A stretch of DNA of 64,000 nt, taken from NCBI GenBank assembly GCA_022072255.1, contig JAJVHZ010000011.1, positions 108,927-172,926 on the forward strand, in the 5' to 3' direction. The position numbers were made by a program, and so were the translations under genes. This document shows, piece after piece, positions 58,350 to 64,000 of the stretch; the first letter of the stretch is position 1; each line of letters starts with the position of its first letter. The DNA is from Gammaproteobacteria bacterium. Its GTDB lineage: Bacteria; Pseudomonadota; Gammaproteobacteria; JAJPIJ01. The notes under the pieces were generated by a model. That model made no database searches, was not told the DNA's origin, and saw nothing but the letters and a program-made list of their open reading frames with translations.

Positions 58350-58681
58350 GGTCTTTCCTTCACGCGCATGTCGATGAAATGCGCTATTTTATTCGTTTCG
58401 AGCGCGGGAGTGGCAGCACCGCACCGCTACCGACTCCGGCCAGTTGCCGCGCCCGGGGAGATGCACCATACTGACCCGACCTGCGCCGCAAACCCCGCCA
58501 TGCCGAACATCGACATAATGATCATCATGTAACGAGAACATCTGCCTGTGCCTGTCGATGGCGAATGGCGTGCCTCCCGGACATGAATCGATCCGGCTCC
58601 CGTGCCCGTCGTTGACACAGCCAACGGAAGACAAGAAGAAGGCGTGACCTGCGCGCCGAAAAAGACCTCGGGAAGATCTGC

Positions 58682-60049
58682 ATGAAGCCCAGCGATGTGA
58701 AGACCGTTGCCGACTGCAAGGAGATCGTCGACGAACGCAAGCTCACGCATGTCAAGGTGGGGGTATTCGACGTCGATGGCATCATGCGCGGCAAGTACAT
58801 GTCGCGAGACAAGTTTTTCGGTGCGCTCGAAAAGGGATTCGGATTCTGCGACGTGGTGCTGGGGTGGGATTCCGCGGATCAGCTCTACGACAACGTGAAC
58901 TTCACCGGCTGGCACACGGGGTACCCGGATGCGCCCGTTCGCCTGCTTCCGCAGACCTGCCGCGACGTCCCCTCCGAGGGCGACATGCTGCTGTTCCTAG
59001 GCGAGTTCATCGAGGCGGCCGAGTCCCTGTGTCCGCGCGGCATGTTGCGCCGCGTCGTGGAACGCGCCCGGGACATGGGTTTCGAACCCTACGCCGGCCT
59101 GGAATTCGAATACTTCGTCTTCGACGAGTCGCCGGAGTCCGTGCGCGAGAAGCATTACCGCAACCTGAAGCCGATGGCGCCCGGCTACTTCGGCTACTCC
59201 GTCATCCGCAACTCCGTGCATTCGGAGTATTACCTCGAAACGCTCGACTTGTGCGAAAAGATGCGTTTCCCGCTGGAGGGACTGCACGAGGAGACCGGCC
59301 CGGGCGTGATCGAGGCGGCGATCGCGGTGGATGATGCGATGAATGCCGCCGACAAGGCGGCACTGTTCAAGACCTTCATAAAGATCCACGCACAGCGTCA
59401 CGGCCGCATGGCGACCTTCATGGCGAAATGGTCCAGGGACTGGCCGGGGCAGAGCGGCCACATCCACGTCTCGCTGAAGGACAGGGCGGGCAAGCCGGTG
59501 TTCCACGACCCCAAGGGCCCGCACGGGATGAGCAAGCTGATGCGGCATTTCGTCGCCGGCCAGCAGGCGCTGATGCCGGAACTGCTGTGCATGGTGGCGC
59601 CGACCGTGAATTCCTTCTCGCGACTGATCCCGGGCTTCTGGGCGCCGACCGAGGCGACCTGGGGAGTCGAGAACCGCACCTGCGCGCTGCGCGTCATTCC
59701 GGGCTCGGAGAAATCCCAGCGCGTGGAGTACCGCGTCGCCGCGGCGGACGCCAATCCCTACATTGCGCTTGCCGCCGCGTTGCTCTCCGGACTGTGGGGC
59801 ATAGAGACCGAGGCCGAACTGGGCAAACCCATAGAGGGCAACGCCTACGGGCAGAAGCTGCCGAAAAAGCTGTCGCTGCCCGCGACGTTGTGGGATTCGG
59901 CACAGCGCCTGAAGGGTTCGGCAGCGGCCCGCGCGTGGCTGGGCGATGCGTTCGTGGAGCATTTCGCGGCATCGCGCGAGTGGGAGGAACGCCAGTTCAG
60001 GAAGGCGATCACGGATTGGGAGCTGGAACGCTACTTCGAAATCATCTGA
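58682..60049 (+). CDS. Glutamine synthetase family protein (gamma-glutamyl-amine synthetase, PuuA-like)
   Basis: 455-aa GS catalytic-domain homolog (GLEFEYFVF, HIHVSLKD, NRTCALRVIPG...RVEYRVAAADANPY). Confidence 0.8.
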   Translation: MKPSDVKTVADCKEIVDERKLTHVKVGVFDVDGIMRGKYMSRDKFFGALEKGFGFCDVVLGWDSADQLYDNVNFTGWHTGYPDAPVRLLPQTCRDVPSEGDMLLFLGEFIEAAESLCPRGMLRRVVERARDMGFEPYAGLEFEYFVFDESPESVREKHYRNLKPMAPGYFGYSVIRNSVHSEYYLETLDLCEKMRFPLEGLHEETGPGVIEAAIAVDDAMNAADKAALFKTFIKIHAQRHGRMATFMAKWSRDWPGQSGHIHVSLKDRAGKPVFHDPKGPHGMSKLMRHFVAGQQALMPELLCMVAPTVNSFSRLIPGFWAPTEATWGVENRTCALRVIPGSEKSQRVEYRVAAADANPYIALAAALLSGLWGIETEAELGKPIEGNAYGQKLPKKLSLPATLWDSAQRLKGSAAARAWLGDAFVEHFAASREWEERQFRKAITDWELERYFEII

Positions 60050-60079
60050 GGGCACGCACATCACAACGACCGAGGAACC

Positions 60080-61471
60080 ATGGCCGCGATACAGAAGACA
60101 ATTACACCGGTGGACGGCAGCGTCTACGTCGAACGGCAATTCGCCACGGACGAGCAGATCGGCGCGGCGCTGCAACACGCGCGCAAGGCGCAGGCCGCGT
60201 GGCGACACGTCGCCCTCGCCGAGCGCGCCGCCATCTGTACGCGATTCATCGACGCCTTCGTGGCGCGCAAGCTGGCGATCGCCGAGGAACTCACCCGCCA
60301 GATGGGGCGCCCCATCGGCCAGTCGCCCGGCGAGGTGCGCGGGTTCGAGGAACGCTCACGACACATGATCGCCATAGCCCCGGCGACCCTCGCGGACATC
60401 GACGCCGGACCGAAGGAGGGTTTTCGCCGGTTCGTACGCCGCGAGCCACTCGGGGTCGTGCTGGTGCTGGCGCCGTGGAATTATCCCTATCTCACCTCGG
60501 TGAACTCCGTGGTGCCGGCGATCATGGCGGGCAACGCCGTGATACTGAAGCACTCCAACCAGACGCCGTTGTGCGCCGAGCGCTTCGCCGAATGCTTCAG
60601 GGAGGCGGGCCTGCCGGACGGGGTGTTCCAGTTCCTGCACTGCACGCACGAACAGGCGGCGGCGATGATCGCCTCGCCGATGATCGACTTCGTCGCTTTC
60701 ACGGGTTCGGTCGAGGGCGGGCATGCGGTGCAGAAGGCGGCCTCCGGCCGCTTCATCGGAACCGGATTGGAACTGGGCGGCAAGGATCCCGCGTACGTCC
60801 GTCCCGACTGCAACCTGGCGCATGCGGTGGAGAACCTGGTCGACGGCGCGTTCTTCAATTCCGGCCAGTCGTGCTGCGGTATCGAACGGATCTACGTACA
60901 CCAAGAGATCTACGATCGGTTCGTCGACGGCTTCGTCGCGCTGACGCGTCAATACCGCCTCGGCAACCCGCTGGACCCCAACGTGAACCTCGGGCCCATG
61001 GTGCGCACCCGCGCGGCAGAGTTTGCGCGCGGTCAGGTTCGCGAGGCGGTCGCGGCCGGTGCCCGATCGCTCGTGGACCCGCAGGAATTCCCGGCCGACA
61101 AGGAGGGAACGCCCTACATGGCGCCGCAGGTGCTGGTCGACGTGAACCACTCGATGCGGATTATGCGCGAGGAGAGCTTCGCACCGGTCATCGGCATCAT
61201 GAAGGTGCAGAACGACGAACAGGCCATCGCGCTGATGAACGACAGCGACTTCGGCCTTACCGCGGCGATCTGGACGACGGATCCCGACGCGGCATTGCGT
61301 ATCGGCGACGCCGTGGAGACGGGCACGTGGTTCATGAACCGCTGCGATTACCTCGATCCGGCGCTTGCCTGGACCGGTGTGAAGGATTCCGGCCGCGGCT
61401 GCACGCTGTCCCGCGTCGGGTACGAACAGCTGACACGACCCAAATCCTACCATTTGCGCATTGCGATTTGA
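60080..61471 (+). CDS. Aldehyde dehydrogenase family protein
   Basis: Catalytic Glu and Cys blocks GLELGGKDP and FNSGQSCCGIERIYV. Confidence 0.85.
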   Translation: MAAIQKTITPVDGSVYVERQFATDEQIGAALQHARKAQAAWRHVALAERAAICTRFIDAFVARKLAIAEELTRQMGRPIGQSPGEVRGFEERSRHMIAIAPATLADIDAGPKEGFRRFVRREPLGVVLVLAPWNYPYLTSVNSVVPAIMAGNAVILKHSNQTPLCAERFAECFREAGLPDGVFQFLHCTHEQAAAMIASPMIDFVAFTGSVEGGHAVQKAASGRFIGTGLELGGKDPAYVRPDCNLAHAVENLVDGAFFNSGQSCCGIERIYVHQEIYDRFVDGFVALTRQYRLGNPLDPNVNLGPMVRTRAAEFARGQVREAVAAGARSLVDPQEFPADKEGTPYMAPQVLVDVNHSMRIMREESFAPVIGIMKVQNDEQAIALMNDSDFGLTAAIWTTDPDAALRIGDAVETGTWFMNRCDYLDPALAWTGVKDSGRGCTLSRVGYEQLTRPKSYHLRIAI

Positions 61472-61484
61472 GAGGGCAAGCGAG

Positions 61485-62663
61485 ATGACCATCGATCCCA
61501 AGAGCCTGACCCGCAACTGGAACTACCCGACGTCGGTCCGCTTCGGACCGGGCCGCATCGCCGAACTGCCCGCCGCGTGCAGGGACCTCGGCATGAAGCG
61601 GCCGCTGCTGGTCACTGATCCCGGCCTGCGCAAGCTGCCGATGATCGACAGCGCCCTGGCCTCGCTGAGGTCCGCGGGGTTCGGCGACTGCGTGTACTCC
61701 GATGTACAGGCCAATCCGGTCGGCAGGAACGTCGAGGAGGGCGTTGCCTGGTACCGGCAGCAGGGCTGTGACGGCGTCATCGCTTTCGGCGGCGGCAGCG
61801 CCCTGGACGTCGGCAAGGCGATCGCCCTGATGGCCGGTCAGAAGCGGCCGCTGTGGGATTTCGAGGATCGCGAGGACTGGTACACGCGCGTGGACCCCGC
61901 GGGCGTGGCGCAGACGATCTCCGTGCCGACCACCGCCGGCACCGGCTCGGAGGTGGGACGCGCATCGGTGATCCTCGACGAGGCGACGCATATCAAGAAG
62001 ATCATCTTCCACCCGAAGATGATGCCCGCGATCGTGATCGCGGATCCGGAACTCACGGTCGGTCTGCCGCCGCGCATCACCGCCGCCACGGGGATGGATG
62101 CGCTGGCGCACAACCTGGAGGCCTATTGCGCTCCCGGATTCCACCCGCTCGCCGACGGGATCGCCCTGGAGGCGATGCGCATGGTGAAGGAGTGGCTGCC
62201 GCTGGCCGTGAAGGACGGCAGGAACATCGCCGCGCGCGCGCACATGCTGGCGGCCGCGAGCATGGGCGCGACGGCGTTCCAGAAGGGCCTGGGCGCCATC
62301 CACTCGCTGAGCCACCCTGTCGGTGCGATGTACAACACGCATCACGGCGAGACCAATGGCGTGGTGATGCCCTATGTGCTGGCGTTCAACCGGCCGGCCA
62401 TCGAGGAGAAGCTCACCCGGCTGGCGCGTTATCTGAACCTCGCCAACCCGGGTTTCGACGCCGTGCAGCAATGGGTGCTGGCGCTGCGCAGGGAGATAGG
62501 CATCCCGCACACGCTCGCGGAGCTGGGCGTGAAGGAGGCCGATCTCGACGTACTGACCCCCATGGCCGTCGATGATCCCTCGACGGGCGGCAATCCGCGG
62601 CCGGCGGGACATGCCGAGATGCGTCAGATGTTCGAAAAAGCGATACGCGGCGAGTTGGCCTGA
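61485..62663 (+). CDS. Iron-containing (group III) alcohol dehydrogenase
   Basis: GGGSALDVGKAIAL plus the His-rich metal site (HNLEAY...HSLSHPVGAMYNTHHG). ATG 61485 verified. Confidence 0.85.
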   Translation: MTIDPKSLTRNWNYPTSVRFGPGRIAELPAACRDLGMKRPLLVTDPGLRKLPMIDSALASLRSAGFGDCVYSDVQANPVGRNVEEGVAWYRQQGCDGVIAFGGGSALDVGKAIALMAGQKRPLWDFEDREDWYTRVDPAGVAQTISVPTTAGTGSEVGRASVILDEATHIKKIIFHPKMMPAIVIADPELTVGLPPRITAATGMDALAHNLEAYCAPGFHPLADGIALEAMRMVKEWLPLAVKDGRNIAARAHMLAAASMGATAFQKGLGAIHSLSHPVGAMYNTHHGETNGVVMPYVLAFNRPAIEEKLTRLARYLNLANPGFDAVQQWVLALRREIGIPHTLAELGVKEADLDVLTPMAVDDPSTGGNPRPAGHAEMRQMFEKAIRGELA

Positions 62664-62807
62664 GCGTGCGCTGGTATCTTTCAGGCATCGAGGGCAGTGC
62701 CCCCGGGAACGGCCGTCGAGTCTGGAACGCAGTCGCGTGATCGTGGTGATGCGTCGCATGGCAATGCGCGAACGACAATCCGGCCGAGGCGACGGCCGTT
62801 GCTCATG

Positions 62808-62839
62808 CCGGGCAAATAATCGATACTGAATTTGCCCGG
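62808..62839. repeat. Perfect 10-bp inverted repeat CCGGGCAAAT-N12-ATTTGCCCGG
   Basis: Seen directly in the sequence. There is no flanking T-tract on either strand, so it is more likely a protein-binding palindrome or REP-like element than a terminator. Confidence 0.5.
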
Positions 62840-63399
62840 TCGTGACCAACGGCGGGTGTGAAGCGGCAGGTCCGCAGGCGGCGTGTGCGGCATCTTGCGG
62901 TGCGCCGTGTGAATGCGATCAGGGGGTCGCCTGTCACCGGGAACCGCTTCGGGGAACAGCCCTCGGGACATGAGCATCGCGGTCGATGGATTCGACCGCA
63001 ATCAAGAACGTGAGAAGCGCCGACACTGCACGTGGCTGGCGCCGGACAATCTGCGGAGGAGGAGTATCTTGCATACTCGGCGGTTCGGGCCTGAAGGGCG
63101 CACGCTCCGATGTCTCGCGGGACCCGCCTGTCCGAAACACCTTCCCTTCGCGGGTGGTCACCACTCCATACAGCGCATCGACTCCGCCATCGCGGCAGCC
63201 TCCGCAGGCTGTCTGCGAACCGCCTAGGAGTCCCCGGGTGCGGATGGGCGAACATGCGGACGGTGATTGGCGGCGCTGCATCTGCCGGCTGCCCGGGGAC
63301 GGCCGCGCGATGCGTGGAGGAGGGTCCGGGCCGTGCGCCGTATCGCCGGCAATGTGACGCGGGCGTCGACGTCGTGACGGATCAAGGGGGAAAAACAAG

Positions 63400-63912
63400 G
63401 TGCCAAGAGCGATAAGACTCTACGTTCGATACGTCGACGCCTTCAATCGGAGGGTTGGTCGGGCCACGATGTACCTGGTATACGTGATGCTCGGCCTGCT
63501 GCTGTACATGTCCGTGTCCAGGTCCGTGTTCAATACGCCGTTGAACTGGGGCGTGGAGATGGCGCAGTTTCTCATGGCGTCGTACTACCTGCTGGGCGGC
63601 GCGTACTCGATGCAGATCGATGCCCACGTCCGGATGGACATCTTCTACTCCCGATGGTCGCCGAAGGGCCGGGCCCTGGCTGACGTGTTGACCGCGTTCT
63701 GCCTGATCTTCTACCTCGCGGTGCTGCTCATCGGCGGCATCTTCAGCAGCGAGTATGCCGTGGTCCATGGGCAGAAGAATTATTCGGCGTGGGCGCCGCC
63801 AATGGCGCCCATCAAGATCATCATGACCTTCGGGGTCTTTCTCATGCTGTTGCAGGCGCTCTCGATGTTCTTCAAGGACGTGGCCACGCTGCGCGGGGAG
63901 ACGCTGCAATGA
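63400..63912 (+). CDS. dctQ: TRAP transporter small permease subunit (DctQ family)
   Basis: 170-aa, 4-TM protein with a typical DctQ N-terminus (YVRYVDAFNRRVGRATMYLVYVMLGLLLY). GTG start with ribosome-binding site aggggga. Confidence 0.8.
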   Translation: MPRAIRLYVRYVDAFNRRVGRATMYLVYVMLGLLLYMSVSRSVFNTPLNWGVEMAQFLMASYYLLGGAYSMQIDAHVRMDIFYSRWSPKGRALADVLTAFCLIFYLAVLLIGGIFSSEYAVVHGQKNYSAWAPPMAPIKIIMTFGVFLMLLQALSMFFKDVATLRGETLQ

Positions 63913-64000
63913 GCTACGAGATGATCGCGCTGACGATGTTCTCGATGATGATGCTGATGCTGCTCACCGGGCAGCGGGTCTTCGGGGCCATCGGCTTCGT
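63909..64000 (+). CDS. dctM: TRAP transporter large permease (DctM family), 5' fragment truncated by the window end
   Basis: The ATG overlaps the dctQ stop (ATGA). MSYEMIALTMFSMMMLMLLTGQRVFGAIGFV is a typical DctM start. Not in the track because there is no stop in the window. Confidence 0.6.
   Translation, partial: MSYEMIALTMFSMMMLMLLTGQRVFGAIGF

Noticed and set aside
62664-63399. Possible dctP pseudogene or small genes in the dctQ upstream region (ORFs 62913..63227, 62986..63357, 62934..63398 and others)
   Set aside because: None of the six-frame translations resembles a TRAP SBP or any protein family. All are Arg/Gly/Pro-rich. The interval is too short for dctP. Kept only as an unexplained non-coding region.

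Overview
This is a high-GC (~65-70%) window, probably gammaproteobacterial on inference from gene order alone, and most of it is core chromosome rather than an accessory island. The conserved backbone is mnmG-rsmG-parA-parB-atpIBEFHAGDC-glmU (39.2-52.6 kb) on the + strand and glyQ-glyS-gmhB-plsC (9-13.5 kb) on the - strand. Other loci, in order:
- A TonB-dependent receptor, 5'-partial at the window edge and absent from the ORF track, in an operon with a membrane protein and a protein carrying an IGIDDTD motif.
- An orphan VPLPA/PEP-CTERM-type secreted protein behind an unusually AT-rich promoter.
- A tungstate/molybdate locus: a Mop protein divergent from tupBCA, then a ModE-N-terminal/PBP-like (TunR-like) regulator, with a palindromic candidate operator.
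- A hybrid histidine kinase next to a REC-PAS-GGDEF-EAL protein.
- A GldA/GldF/GldG-type ABC system with a DUF4340 protein.
- An oxidoreductase + M20 peptidase pair, and mgtE.
- rlmKL, a large membrane sensor with GGDEF-EAL domains, a gamma-carbonic-anhydrase-family protein and a histidine phosphatase.
- Two carbon-nitrogen hydrolases flanking rraA.
- A PepSY/OmpR-type response regulator/histidine kinase trio.
- A gamma-glutamylation-type catabolic cluster (amidotransferase-hydrolase, glutamine-synthetase-like, aldehyde dehydrogenase, Fe-alcohol dehydrogenase).
- A ~730 bp gene-free region in front of TRAP dctQ and a 3'-partial dctM.
The best candidate for an undescribed system is a translationally coupled four-gene cassette at 28.5-31.2 kb. 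It comprises two tandem paralogous small membrane proteins sharing a G-x-G-I-C motif, a divergent Lgt-family (prolipoprotein diacylglyceryl transferase-like) membrane protein, and a radical SAM enzyme with a rubredoxin-like Cys/His N-terminus and two CxxxCxxC motifs. I found no tRNA, rRNA, CRISPR array, transposase or integrase in the window. Many of the long ORFs in the supplied track are Arg/Ala-rich antisense or off-frame shadow ORFs, as expected for high-GC DNA, and were rejected.
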